64,000 nucleotides of DNA, taken from contig OZ241826.1 in assembly GCA_965202585.1 (NCBI GenBank), forward strand, positions 64,356,001 to 64,420,000. The letters run 5' to 3'. Below the pieces are notes generated by a model, which was not told where the DNA came from, searched no databases, and worked only from the letters and a program-made list of their open reading frames with translations. Shown here piece after piece: positions 38,867-52,192 of this stretch. Positions within the stretch are counted from its first letter, which is position 1; every line of letters starts with the position of its first letter. The stretch is from Thalia democratica. Lineage: Eukaryota. Position numbers and translations under genes: made by a program.

Positions 38867-38917
38867 AGACAAGGCGATTCTTCAAATTCCAACTCGTGTG
38901 AAAGTGGAGAGGACTGA
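38867..38917 (+). CDS. Probable terminal exon of the Ly6/uPAR protein
   Basis: aaacag|AGA CAA GGC... gives RQGDSSNSNSCESGED*; phase 0 matches the 37574 donor; GC-rich island in AT-rich flanks. Confidence 0.55.
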   Translation, partial: RQGDSSNSNSCESGED

Positions 38918-40456
38918 CTTGCTTTGAAAAACAAAACCATCTGAGTTAATCGCTATGAAATGTACAAAATATTTTTTAGTTACGAAAGAGTTACCCTGAG
39001 TAATTCCTTTTACTTTAATCAGATTGACATATTTAGTTTTATAAGCTATATATTCATGACGACATTTTATAAAAGTCTGTGTTTTTTGATATACTATCGT
39101 TTCAGTATATTATCTACTAACATAGTTATAAATCAAGTAATATTACATTTGAATTAATTTTTTAAATTATACTTTAACATTTTGTTTATATTTATTATTA
39201 GTAGTTTAAATTTTCAAAGCTACACGATTAAAACATCAAGCAGATTTTTAGTAGCTGTTTACCTAACATTATATCTATACTGATTAAAATAACTCACCAT
39301 ACGTTTTAACTAACATTTTTTATATAAAAACTTCGCTTTATTTTTTCGTATAATTTTTCAATGTATTTAATAAACTTTTTGTCCTTTGTTTGTTTTCAAA
39401 CTACACTTTATTTATATATTTACAAAAAACAATTTTGGATATTAACTTGATTCTACAAAAATACTAACTAAAAAACAGCAGGATGAACTTGACATTAAAG
39501 AAGTAAGTTAATAAATTTTGACATGAAAGCATTTTCAGGATTTTATTAATTTTAAAGCTATGAAAGTATACTTTAGTAAGACTCCAAAAGTCTATTAAGT
39601 TATAATAAATTTTAAAATATTGTTATTTAAACGCGCTTAGGTAATAACTTTTTGATATATTTTTAGCACGAGACAAAAATCTAAATCTGCTGCACCTTTT
39701 TAAAGTAAAAATCATTTCAGAATGAGACATTAACCCTTATATTTTTTATGTACCGTTTAAATGTTGCTAGATACATTTGTTAACAAATTGAATAAAATAA
39801 AAAGTCTCCATTTCTAAAATCAAAACTTTGTATTTTGTGAAGTGCTGTAGATAAACTTAAACTAGTAACAGGAATTAATTAGCTAGGTTGTTAAAACAGT
39901 ATTAATTTTTTCCTTATATAAGAATTGCTGTAAAAAAAAAATCTCTTTAATAAAAAAATAATATACCACATTAATAGTAAGTTAGTGTGTGTAACTTTTT
40001 TATCGGTTCTTTTCAATTCTCATCTGATCACTTTTTAGTGACTAATTACCACCAAAAAGACACTATATCTCTAACAAGTTTTCAAAAAATGCTAAAAATA
40101 TATTTTTTGGTTTATTTAGATTTTAAATTAGAATAATGAAAATTTTTCTTTACATTCTTTTATAAAAATCAAGCTTGCAAAACAAATACAACAAAACTTT
40201 TTTTTGTTTCGATTGACAATTAATAGTCAAAGAAGAAGTTTTTTTATTAAAAAACCAACATAATTCTAAAACCTTAGTATGTTAAGGAAATAAGTTCAAT
40301 ATTTCTGATATTTTATTCTTAAAATAAGAAGGACATTTTAAACGCCGAAAAGAATTTTCAGTTTTGTAATACCTATGGTTAACAATGATGTTATTTTTGG
40401 ACTTGGGTGGTTGGTTTATTTGGTCGTGTCGTGTTCAACACTTGAAATTTTACAGC

Positions 40457-40578
40457 CTATATTTTTGATTGCATTTTCCAATCTCTTTCGGATAACTGTT
40501 GACGAGAAAAGTCCTTTAAACAAGCACATCGCCATTCTAAGTCACTTAAGCCTTCATCACCACTGTCGATTTTTAGCA
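40457..40578 (-). CDS. Candidate (alternative) terminal exon of the minus-strand orphan gene
   Basis: catcacag|TG CTA AAA... gives LKIDSGDEGLSDLEWRCACLKDFSRQQLSERDWKMQSKI*; phase 1 matches an AAAG|GTGAGG donor at 42851/42850. Confidence 0.35.
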
Positions 40579-42749
40579 CTGTGATGATAGAGGTTTGAAG
40601 AAATATTTATATTACAATTATGAAAATAATATACAACAAGAAAACCAGTACAAGTACTAAATTTTGGTGATTAAATTTTTTTCCTTAATTTATACGAAGT
40701 GTACCACACTACAAAGTGTTGCAGCGGAAAAAATTACCACTTAAGAGTAAAAACAAATATAAAAAGACTAAGAAAATTATGATCCAGTTACTATTTTTTT
40801 TTATTTTCTGACATTTTTCACATGTTTTAGATGACCAAGAAATACTGTATTTGCCTCAAACTACTGGATTTTCTTACTTTAGAACCACCAAGTCATTGAC
40901 TAGCTGTTTTAACTATCGACCGACGGAGGTTATTATCTGACTCCGTGCGTTATAATAATATCGGCGATGCTATTTAAATGTTTAGAATTGACTTAGCTAA
41001 GTCGACTTAATGAAATGAGAGTTAAACTTAGACTATAATTTAATGCTTAGCCTAATTAAATAGTTAGATTGTTAGAATGCTTAAACTAATTGTATATAAG
41101 AAATAGAGTTCTAGAAATAAAAGCTGTATTATGATGAATATAAACTACGATAAACACATTAACAAAACATAGCAAACTATACAAATAACTTCTTCAATTC
41201 AAAGGTGCATACAACAAACAGTCGCCTTCGTACAAGAAGTACGAGGCGAACACAACCTTTTAAACACGATATGTTATTAATACAAAGCTAAAAACTAACT
41301 ACCCAAAAAACTAGCGCTTTACTGAATTTAAGCGTTTTTAATTTTGAGAGAAAAGAAAGAAAAGAACAGTGCTAACTGTTACACTGTCTTTTATGTTAAT
41401 CATTGCTCACATCATATAAATATTTTATCAGTAAATGGGTCACCAAATCAATCAATGATTTTTTTAGATCCTGTAGAGATAGGGTTGAATCTGTTGTTTT
41501 ATTGTTACAGTTTGGTTGTAATTTAAGAGTACTTAATTATTTGTTTCAAACGCAAGTTTTGATGGTGTTCTAATTTTGGTTGCAATATTGTCCGCCAAAA
41601 CCACGCTTTTTAGAGTAGTAAAGTTTTTCTTCAAGCATATGTAGTATTTCAACTTATATCTTAACAAATGTTATAACACAAATGTTGCAATCGGACTAAT
41701 TAAGTAACCTTTTGCATATTTATAACAAAAATAATTTCGCCCCTTACAAGCATACCCGCATTTCTACAACGGTACTAAACTTAGGTTTGAATGAACATTA
41801 TTTATAAATTATTTGCAGTTTTATAAGCGTGCAAATTAACTATTTTATTACCGGTTTCGGCGAATAAGAAATCTGACCTTGTCAAATAGATAAATAAAGA
41901 GTTCCTAATCTACTGGTCTACTCAAATAAACTGATTTTCAAATTTTATTCAGAAGTTTAAATTTTTTAAAGCATTTAAACTAAAATTATGCAAATTTTCC
42001 AAAAAAAAATATTTAGCCTGACGCTTATGAACCCTGAAACTACTGTATTGCATATTAAGAATTTTTTGTTTGCACAAATACAAGAAACCATTTAAGAATA
42101 TTTTGTTACTAAACAAGATCTGCTATAACATACTTCATTTAAAAAAATCTTCCTAAACGACTTAATCTTATTCTCATATGATTTTCTTTTAAAGTACAGA
42201 CTTATTTTTATAACAACTTTTCTTTTTTTTGTCCAGTTAACTTTTTAACTATGAAACCCACTACCTACATTTTATAATTTCTATATACTTTGTATTTACT
42301 ATTGTTTTTATTAATTATAACAAATAAAACTCCTGTATAACTGCCTTTTTTTTCTTATGTTTACTGAAATTTAAATAACCAAGTTAGTCTTTTAGAAAAT
42401 CAATGTCTAAAATTGTTTTGTGAATTAAAAAACAAACGACTTAAATTAGCATCTGTACAAGCGCTTTATTGTTTTAAAGTAAATTTTAACTAAGTAACCA
42501 AAAAAATTCAAAACCATTTAGAAGTAGATCAAGAAACTGTTAACTTTTGAAAGTTAATGATTGTGTACATTTAGAAACCATTGGAAGTATAGTAATGATT
42601 GTACACTTAAAGATAATTGAAACCATTAAAAGAAAATTAATTTATATTGCAAAAAAAAATATTGCAACTAATAATATGGCACATAAATAATTTAAAACAA
42701 AAAATTCAACCGAAATTATTAAAAAAAAACAGTTTTAACATATAAAAGT

Positions 42750-43100
42750 TCATTTGGTTTTGTACAACTGAGGATAAGTCAGAGGGTCGAAAGGAATTTT
42801 GTTGTAGTCAGGATTCTCCTCAGCTTTCTTGTAAACTGGAAACTCCTCACCTTTCATCCATCTGGAAATTCTGCGGCGACTTATTCTTTTTTCCGGGTTG
42901 CAAAAACAACAAACTGATGTTTTGTTCTTGTCGTGAGCAATTTTTTCACGGACGACAGCTGGAAGCAAGGCTGACTTGCAGCTACCACCGGTAGTTTGAG
43001 AAGTCAGCAAATTTTTCTGCTCCCTTATCGATTTTCTGCTCGACTTTTTCGAGTAGCGACTCTTTGCATTGCGCGGCAGCAGATTGGCGTCATCGTGGTT
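42750..43100 (-). CDS. Orphan minus-strand gene, terminal exon
   Basis: cttgttttag|AAC CAC GAT... is open for 117 codons: NHDDANLLPRN...VCCFCNPEKRISRRRISRWMKGEEFPVY...YPQLYKTK*; GC-rich relative to flanks. Confidence 0.8.
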   Translation of the reverse strand, partial: NHDDANLLPRNAKSRYSKKSSRKSIREQKNLLTSQTTGGSCKSALLPAVVREKIAHDKNKTSVCCFCNPEKRISRRRISRWMKGEEFPVYKKAEENPDYNKIPFDPLTYPQLYKTK

Positions 43101-43898
43101 CTAAAACAAGAAATTTCATGATGAACTGCAATACTTCCTTGTTGTCGTTATAAACAACACATTTGAAAAAATTGTTGCTTTTTTGTATGTTAACATAACT
43201 ATTTTTTAATTATTTGCACTTAGACATTTAATTCTAGACTTACATAATACGTATAAATTTTTAGAGCTGCATCACAAATGTTTATGCACAAAACACTATT
43301 GTTTTTTAGGTTTAAATAATATAACAGATTTTAATTAAAAAAATTATTAAAAATGCAGTTACTGTAAATTTCTATCAAAAATTTTAAAGGATGATTTATT
43401 CTATAAATCAATTCATACTTGTTGATAATCAGAATGTTTTATGAAAAAGCTTTAGCTTTGTAAACTATTAGATTGTAAAACTTAATTTAAAGCTCAAGAA
43501 AAGTTAGTTTCTTTTTAATGCTCATAAAATGTTTTGTTTTTTTCATTTAAAATATGAAAAAACATTTATTTGTACTAACTTATAAACTTGTTCTATATTA
43601 GCTTGCAGCAAAATATTTTGTTTAAAAGTAACAACTTTATAACTTATTAGAGTTATAACAAAATTTAACTAAATAAAATACGTGTTAAAAATCTTTTTGT
43701 CATGTAACTTGGGTAAGATTGGCCAAAAAAAGAGTGAAAGGTGACTAGTTTCCAGTTTACGAGAAAGACCAAAAAAGAAATACTTTTATAATAGCTTTTA
43801 AGGACATAATGCAATAAATTCAAAAGAAAAATAACGATCTTTTTAATATCTTAGATTAACCATAAATTTCAGTTCTAAATAATTCACACCTATCGTAC

Positions 43899-44140
43899 CT
43901 GAAGCACTTTTAGACTTCTAGTGCTCGACACTTTGGTATATGAACTTTGAAATGCGGCACTTCCAGCAAAACTGACTAAATTGCTACTTTGAGCTGTTTT
44001 AGAAACATCTACTTTTTCAAGACTGTTCTCATCTGTTAATAAATCAGTATTACCAGTAAATTTTTTGAAATTAAGGACAGTTATAAAAATTAAACTTAGT
44101 TGTTGAAATTTTGTGGGGAATAGTTTATCATAAACTATAA
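43899..44140 (-). CDS. Orphan gene internal exon
   Basis: tttcaaatag|TT ATA GTT...VSSTRSLKVLQ|gtacga; 242 nt open, phase 1 to 0. Confidence 0.7.
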
Positions 44141-45231
44141 CTATTTGAAATTTAATAATTGTATTTGAGAGTCATAACTTTTTTTTTAGCTATAATTCGA
44201 AAAACATATTTGCTTTTTGGGTTTAAAAATTACATTAAAATTGTATAACATAAACCTAAAAGTACATAACCTTTCAGAAGTTATTTTCTGTTAATAAAAC
44301 CAGTAAATAGAAATAAAAACATTAAATAACATAATCTGTTTTGCAACACTAAATGTAAAACAGAATATGTATTGTTCAAACAATAATAAAGAAAATTAAA
44401 GTTTTTTTTTGTAATAACTTGTCAAATCAATTCAGCAGTCTGCCACATAAGTTCCCGTACCGTAAACATTCGCATTTTTCAAAAAAAAAACCTTAGGTTC
44501 ATTGTTTAGTTGAAAATTTTAATTTTTTATTTAGAATTTCAATTATATACTTTTCTAGCATCACTATTGAAGCATATAAGATACTATTTGAATAAGATTT
44601 ACAATTTCATTTTGAAAATCCGCTTTGCGGTGAGTCACTGTAATCGTTTCTCTCTAAAATAACAAATTATGAATTTTAATTATATCATAATTTAGCTTTT
44701 TAAAACTATATTTAGGATAATTCTAAAACAAAAACACTTTTGTGTTTATCCTTGCTATATTTAAAAAAGCAGATTGGAATTAAATTTTTATGCATTTAAA
44801 ACTAGGTAAGGTTAGAAGCATACGAGCTTTTATATTTATTTATGGAAACTTTACATTCTTATAGAAAATTTTGATTAACTAAGGCTATAAAAATAATAAA
44901 TAACAAATAGGCCTTAACATTAGTTTCAAGTCCAATTCTGAACCTGCAATGGTTCTACACTATTGCAGTATATATTCGTAATTTTGACCTGGGTTAAACA
45001 TGCGATGTTACCAGCAGACTGCTGTAATTTTTATATAGTTTTCGTTTTTTTATTAAACATTATTTATACATTTTAAACTAAATCAAGGCTTTTTTTATTT
45101 ATATTTTATTACTTATGTCCGATATGTGTTTTAAACTTTAATCAAGTTGTTTATTAAAGTTATACCTCTGAACTCTATCTATCAATGGTAAAAAACTATA
45201 TTATTATATTTTTAATAAATTTGAGTATATA

Positions 45232-46395
45232 CAGGGTTGCCTAAGGTTTTTTGGATTTTTTTGTAAGGTTTTCTGAATTTCTTCCGGATTTCTGAGAGTA
45301 AAACTTTTTTGATCCATTTTTATTATAATACTAAATTTAGGGTGGATTAAAATATTGAAAAGATAGTGTAATGCTACTTTTAATGTGTTTTTTAATATTC
45401 AAACTTTTTTAAAACACCAAAAAAAAAATTATATACAGTAACCTCTCGGATCTTTACGCACTCGTGACGTTACGCACTCTCGTTTAGTTACGCATTTCAA
45501 AATTCTATAAAATTCAGAAAATATTTTTTCTTTTAATATTGCACAAATTAAGTTTAATCTATATTTTTAAATTAAAATTTGTTATTGAATGCTAACACAC
45601 CTCTCTATATCTTTGACTTTATAAATTTATGTTCCTTGACTAATTGATAAACATTTAGTTATACCTCAGTGTATCAGAAATTTTGTTAACAATAAGATAT
45701 TAAATAAAAATTCTGAAATAAACATAACTGTGTTTAATAATGAAAGTATAATGAAATAATGAGAGTTTAAAACACAAAGAAATAATACAGCAATCTTGCC
45801 CTATATATTAATAAACACCATTTTATAATTGTAAAGAAATGCTTAATTATAAATTAAATTTGCTAAGTAGAATAGAATATAAATGTCACATATAAAATAC
45901 TTATTATTAAAATAGTAAAATTATTTTTACTCGTATTATTAATTTATGGAAATTTAAATCTTTTTTTAATATATGTATAGTTTAATCTGTTGTTTTCATA
46001 TTTATAAATAAAGTAAACAAATAGTTAAAAGTGAGAAAGTGCCCAGTCTGCTTTTAACTAGAAGCAATATTAAAAAACAGCCACTATAGTAAGTATATTG
46101 GTACCTCTCGTTTCTTTACGATCTCTCATATCTTTACGCACTTTTTCTGTTGACAAAATGTGCGTAAATAAGCGAGAGGTTACTGTATATGTAAGATTTT
46201 TCGTATTTAATTTAAATTTCATTAATTTCAATGCATGATTTGTTTAAGATTCCAGGTTTTTTAAAGATTTTTGTTCAAATTCTAGGGTTTTTCATATTTT
46301 TTAAAGTTTTTCATATTCCAGGTTTTTCTAGGTTTTTAAGCCTAACTTGCCAGATTCCAGTTTTTTCCAGGATTCAAGATTTTTTGGCAACCTTG
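45232..46395. mobile_element. Non-autonomous element with CAGGGTTGCC/GGCAACCTTG termini (hAT-like), interrupted by a MITE
   Basis: Inverted termini; internal ttccagg repeats; uninterrupted relatives at 57839-58152 and 56260-56455. Confidence 0.65.
45436..46185. mobile_element. 750-bp Tc1/mariner-pogo-type MITE
   Basis: TA|CAGTAACCTCTCG...CGAGAGGTTACTG|TA; ~26-bp imperfect TIR, TA target duplication, repeated subterminal tttacgcact motifs. Confidence 0.85.
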
Positions 46396-46521
46396 TCTAA
46401 ATAAAAATTTAATAACTTAGTTCAAAACTACATAAATAAAAAATAACAGCATCATTATTTAGCACTATGTTTTCACTAATATATCTCCTAAACTCAACCC
46501 ATAACTAACAATACTACCAAC

Positions 46522-46666
46522 CGTTTTCAAATGAGTACTGTGGTGCAAACTCTTCACTGTTAAGTGTTCCTTTTGAATGTGGCATTAAGTTAAAGTTTAC
46601 AGCAGATTTATCCGCCAGTGAGTTAATTGTCGAAAATTCTATTTTCCCGAATCCACTAGATGTTTT
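46522..46666 (-). CDS. Orphan gene internal exon
   Basis: ttgtag|KTSSGFGKIEFSTINSLADK...APQYSFEN; only one open frame; phase-1 donor at 46521 (alternative phase-2 donor at 46517). Confidence 0.7.
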
Positions 46667-47509
46667 CTACAATTTTAATTTTTTATGCTCAACTTTTAAA
46701 TTGTAATTTTTTGTTATATTCTTAGAAAAACGTAAAAAGTTTGTAAAACTGAAGTATTATTTTGCTATTAATTCTACAAAGCTTTTTTTAATAAACTAAA
46801 TATGATGTTTTCAATCATTTAAACTAAGTTCATGGTGGAAAACATTTTTTTCTGAAATTTAATTCTATTTTGAATTAAATAAATATTTAATCAAGCTATG
46901 AGTTGTTTGGAAAATTTTTCAAATGGCAAAATAAATTTTGAAAAGTAACGGGTCAAAATGGAGAGTTAAATAGGAACTCACACTCGGCGAATAGAACAAT
47001 AAAGCACAAATTATTTTAAAATTTCCTTATCCTACAACTTTTAAAGAAAAGTTTTTAAACTTTTTATAAGCTAGAAAACATTTTTTTTTACTTTTTAATC
47101 TTAAACTAGATAACTTCGTACACTTTTATTTACTTTTCTCTGAACATCCGATGTTTTTTTATTTATGAAAAGTCCTGGAAGGAAAATTTAATAAAAAAAT
47201 AACATTTCTAGCTTTAAAAAACGTAAGAGGATTCAAAACTTTAACAATTTTGGCCATTATTCTCTTACTATACAACTCTACCTAAACTTTTGATTTATAA
47301 AATTTATTACATCTCAAAAATTCATATTAAAATAATAAAAACATCATGTTATAGTTCAAAATTAATACCTTTAGACAAGGATTTATGTTAATTTTCGTAT
47401 AAAAAAGTTCTTAGACCCAAGACCTCATTTATGACCTTTTATGTATCTATTTTGATGTTAGTTTGCTAATAAAGTAATATTTAGCCTAATTTAAAAAAAA
47501 ACATTAGGT

Positions 47510-47790
47510 TGCTTACAAAAAATGCGACTTTAGAATTTTCAGCTATAAATAAAAATTATTTTTGTTTGGCAAATATATCAAAACCACCTTGTGCAAAATT
47601 CTAAATGATTTTAAAAAGTCTTTACAGAAGCTTTTTTCGATTTTCTGAAAACAACCCTAATGTGAACTGTATGGACCCAAAAAATGCGACCTTAGAGTTT
47701 TAAGCTGAAAATTGTTTTACATGTGGCAATTATCACAAAAACACATTGGGCAGAATTTAATGCGATTTAAAGAAGATTCAATGAATACAC
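47510..47790 (+). repeat. Diverged direct repeat, ~160-bp period
   Basis: aaaatgcgac(t/c)ttaga..ttt.agct...ggcaa...g(t/g)gca(a/g)aatt occurs twice. Confidence 0.6.
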
Positions 47791-48211
47791 CTCCTTATTT
47801 TGTGTATACTTCTATCTTTTTTTTTTTAGAAATTTTCTTTAATTTTATTATTTTCGAAAAAACAAAAATTGCCTGCATGAAATTTTTTCAAATCGTTTCT
47901 GCACAATGTGCCTATTCGATAAATGCCAATTGTAAGCACTTACTTGGGGCTGTTATAATTAGTTATATTTATAATTTTCAGTTTATCTTTAAGTTACTTT
48001 ATAAAGCTTAATAAAAAAATTTTAAGGGAAGCATAAGTTTAAGCCAACTACTAAGAGATATCTTATAACACTTATATTTCAATATGAACCAAACATTTCT
48101 AGTAGTATAGATTTATACGAAAATCTCCACAGTAGTAAATGACTGTAACAAGCAGCATGTAACAAGTTATTAAAAATGCAATAACACTATAGCTTTCTTT
48201 TTAATTCATAC

Positions 48212-48280
48212 CTTGTTTGGGCTGCTTGTAAGAATACGCTTTTTTGGACTCTTAAGAGGAGAGTTTTCAGAAATATTGAT
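48212..48280 (-). CDS. Orphan gene internal exon
   Basis: atttacag|INISENSPLKSPKKRILTSSPNK|gtatga; 69 nt, phase 0 to 0. Confidence 0.75.
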
Positions 48281-49149
48281 CTGTAAATTATAATAACAAA
48301 CATTATATTGGGAAAATACAATTGCAAAAATAAACTAAAAATATTTTGTATTTAGAAAAGCTGCAACTTAATTTTTTTTAATCAAATTTTGTGCTTAATG
48401 AGATTATATAGCCTCAAAACATTTTTAAAACCTAAACAAAGCGAGATTTAAAAAGTATATCTTTGGTATTACTATTAGTTTTTACAGATTATGATACCGT
48501 AAAATTCAAAGCTTTCGTTTAAAGTAAGAGTTTAAAAGGGTTGCCACAAGTATTTAAAATTTATTCACAGAGAGTTGTAGCTAAAATACTAAACTATCTT
48601 TATTAAATTAATTAAAATTAAATTTAAAAATTGGAAACAATTAAGCGTTCTTTTTAAAGGTAAAAATTTACACAATCCTAACTAATGAGATTAATTACAG
48701 GAAAATAAAATATATAAAAAACTGTTGAGGAAAACATTTAGAAAGAGTTTAACAAAAAAATGACTAACCACTTATATATAACATTTATCACTATTGTAAA
48801 GGGTAAAAAAACTGATTAGAATTATATATCATAGATGGCTACACTAAAATCTATAAAAAACGATAACTTTGTATAATAAACTGACGTTATAACTATATAA
48901 AACAATAACTTTACGCTTTTTAAAAAATCAATGAGAAACTTATACTATGAAAAAATAAAAAAAAACTTATGAAAAAAATCTATAGAAAACTGAAACTTTT
49001 TGAATCAAAATTAGACTTTTTTATTCAAAGTAACTAATATAAAATTTGTACTCGTATTAGAACAAAATTGACATTACTGCGTAAAACCATATACATTATT
49101 ATGTTGTAATTCACTCTAATATCAACAAAAATATATTTTCACAACATAC

Positions 49150-49181
49150 CATTGGGGGCTTGGATATGAGCACCTGTTTTT
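49150..49181 (-). CDS. Orphan gene micro-exon (32 nt)
   Basis: ttttag|AA AAA CAG GTG...CCA ATG|gtatgt; phase 1 to 0 bridges the flanking exons exactly. Confidence 0.65.
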
Positions 49182-51631
49182 CTAAAAACAAAAAATGTTA
49201 GTAATAATATAATACAAATCTGTACTTTTACTTTTTTTCTGTATTTACCAACTTTAAGATGACTTTTTGTTATAAAGTATGTGTTAAATACTATCTAAAA
49301 CCTAATACCAACATACCAACAAATTATTACTCATGCTATACTGTAAATAAAAAATGGTCTGTAAAAACTATTGTAGATATTTTTAACTATCTTTAAAACT
49401 TTAAATTTTTTGAACAGATTTATATCAAAAATAAATGTAAAGTAAAAAACTTAAAAATGAAAACTGTAAGTCATTAATTGTCAGTTATTTTTAAGCTTTA
49501 AACTATAATAAATTAAAAACTATTTCTATATACACAAGTACCCCAATTGTTTTTTTAAGCTTTTAGTAAAAGGTATTTATTAAAAAGCCAAAATTCATAC
49601 AATCATACTTAGTAATCTTCTTTTATCTGATTTACTAAAAAGCGTGTACAAAAATATTTTTTATCTTGCATCATGATTTTTTTTTAACTTTAAACTCCTT
49701 GCATGGTAGTTTATCCACTTTAGTTTATGTAAAACTTTGTAAACATTTTTCAAAAAGATACCTTTGAGAACTCATTAAAACCATCAACTTTTAGAACTTT
49801 CAAATTAAAAAATTAAAAAGTTATCAAATTCAAAACACATGACTTAAAAGTACAAATGCTTTAAAAACTATATTAACTAAACACTAACTTTCAAAAAACT
49901 AAACTACAAAATAATATTTATATGTTTACATAAACATGTAAATCAAAGATTACGTTTAAATATTAGAAAATTGCTATATTTATACAACTAATACAAGCTT
50001 TATCAAATTTTAATTGTGGATAAAAATCAATTCTAAGACAAAAGTTCGTTTGAATTATGTTTTTTACAGATCTGATAAAAATACAACTAAATTGAACCTT
50101 TAACACTTAGTATTGGTATAAACTATCTATTTTCAAAAACAATCAGTAAAATATGAGGGTTAGGGTAAAGAGCATTTTTCACAAAATTTAACAAAGGCTT
50201 ATTCTTATATGAAAGCTTAAAGTATAAATTATAAGTCAGTTCCTATAAATGTATAAGCCTAAGTTAAAATTCATTTTAGATATAGTAAATTGTAAAACTC
50301 AAATTGTAGTACAAACGCATTTTTTTCATACTCATTTTTCTTAAAATTTTCAAAATTATTTTCTGAACATTTTTTTCTTTTCTTTTTAAGCAACTAACAT
50401 GACCTCAAATTTAAAAAAAATCTTAAAAAGGTGTTTTTACAGAAGTAAAAAAGTTCCTTAACTTAAAAGATTTAAATATTATTTATTGATTTATTGTAAA
50501 ATTTTGAAGAAAAATGGTGAACAAATGAATGATACGATAGATTTTTGGTGAAATAGAACTTTTTACTTCTTAATTTAAATCTTCCATAAAGAACATACCA
50601 AACTCAACGACTTAGAGTGCTTATACCTCAAAAACAACTTTGTACTTTATCAAGTGGTAAAAATTTTCTGATAGCTAAGAAAAAACTCTATAATATAAGA
50701 TCAATTTATAAAAAACAAGGTGGCCCCCGTTTGCCCTTAATAACAAAGGTTATATAAACTAATATATTTAAGTCAACTAACCATGGTATTATGTATCAAT
50801 TTCAAAATTTAATAACTTAAATTATAAATCACCATAACAAAAGACTGAATTAGTCAAAGTTTACCAAGTTACAACTCAATTTTGATAGCCTTTTTAATAA
50901 CAAATTTACTTAATTAGACCATTTTCTGCTAAAACAACTCTTTTACTGAAAACTAAAAACATTTTATTACAAATCAAATTGATAAAAGACTAGCTAAGAC
51001 TAATACAAAGTTGATTTTATTGTATATTGACCAAATTATTAAATAACTTACTTTGTAAGTTTTATATACTGAATATTGAAAAGCCAAAAAATCCGTATAC
51101 ATATATCATCAAGTATCGAAAAAGTAAGACATAAAAAATACATTTTGGTCCACAACAAAAAAATTACAAAACCTTAACTTAAAACAAAAACAACCAAATA
51201 TATTGTAAACTCTTGCTTTAAAAGTAGTTTTGAAAACAAATGTTGAATATACACATACCAAATCTTATAATGTTATAGTATTACTTTTTTAGTCAAGAGT
51301 TGTCTGATACAATTCTACAGTGTGTACACATATCATGTCATTACAATTAAAATCTTTAATTAGAAAGACTAAAAACAGTTCTTGATCTATTGCCCTTAAC
51401 TTTAAAAAAATACCGTGTGTAAGTCATCACACGTGTCGGGCCGATATCTGACAACCCGCACTTAAAGAAAATCTTTTAACTTTTGAAATAAAATTATTAA
51501 AAAAAACTAAGCCACATGTTATTTAGGGATTTCAATAATGTAAATGATTACAAATTTACAAAACTTTAATGAACAAACTGTAGTTAAATTTTGAAATGTT
51601 GTGAGATACAATAAAATTTCATAAAAATAAC

Positions 51632-51832
51632 CTTTTATGGGTGAAATATCTAGCAACTTTTTACCCAAACTCCAACATTTGTTGTGTGCTAAGGTTGAAC
51701 TTGCTAGAGGTAGATTATTATATATCTTTAAGTCAGCTACAAACTCTTTACTTAGTTCTAAGCTTCTTTTTATTGAAACTTCTTTAAACGCACGACTTTC
51801 TTGTATTTCATCAAGAGATGAATCTTCAGTTG
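51632..51832 (-). CDS. Orphan gene internal exon
   Basis: ttttgcag|TEDSSLDEIQESRAFKEV...CWSLGKKLLDISPIK; 201 nt open, phase 1 to 1. Confidence 0.75.
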
Positions 51833-52192
51833 CTGCAAAAGTTTTTGAGTTGATTCAAAAAAAAACTTACTAACCTTTTATATAAACTAAAAAGTTTGCA
51901 TCGGCCTTTAAGAGATTTTTTAAAAGTTAATCTTATTTTGTGCGGTATTGTCTTAGCTTCTAGACATTTTTAACCTCTTAACAAAACTCTAATTATCTTT
52001 TGAGATATTAGCCATTATAGTTGGTTAGCTCAATAGGTTCCTAATGGAAGAGGCAAACCAAAATATTTTTTTACTAAAAATCTATTTTCCCTCCATTTTT
52101 AATCTACTTTTCTTCAAATTTTTACAATTAGCTCATTACTAATAATTAAATCTTTTTTAAGCACGATTTTTTTTAAATTTGATAATAAATAC

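Noticed and set aside
44430-45025. Extra exons of the orphan gene at 44.4-45.0 kb
   Set aside because: Frames end in stops or phases do not fit; the flanking exons already join in frame.
47712-48011. 99-aa ORF and possible Cys-rich minus-strand exons
   Set aside because: Overlaps a non-coding ~160-bp repeat; needs weak or GC splice sites and is not required for phase continuity.
51637-51873. Plus-strand 78-aa ORF
   Set aside because: Antisense to a splice-bounded exon of the minus-strand gene.
51875-51905. 31-nt exon that would fix the phase between 52193 and 51832
   Set aside because: Requires a 42-nt intron, shorter than others here; left unresolved.
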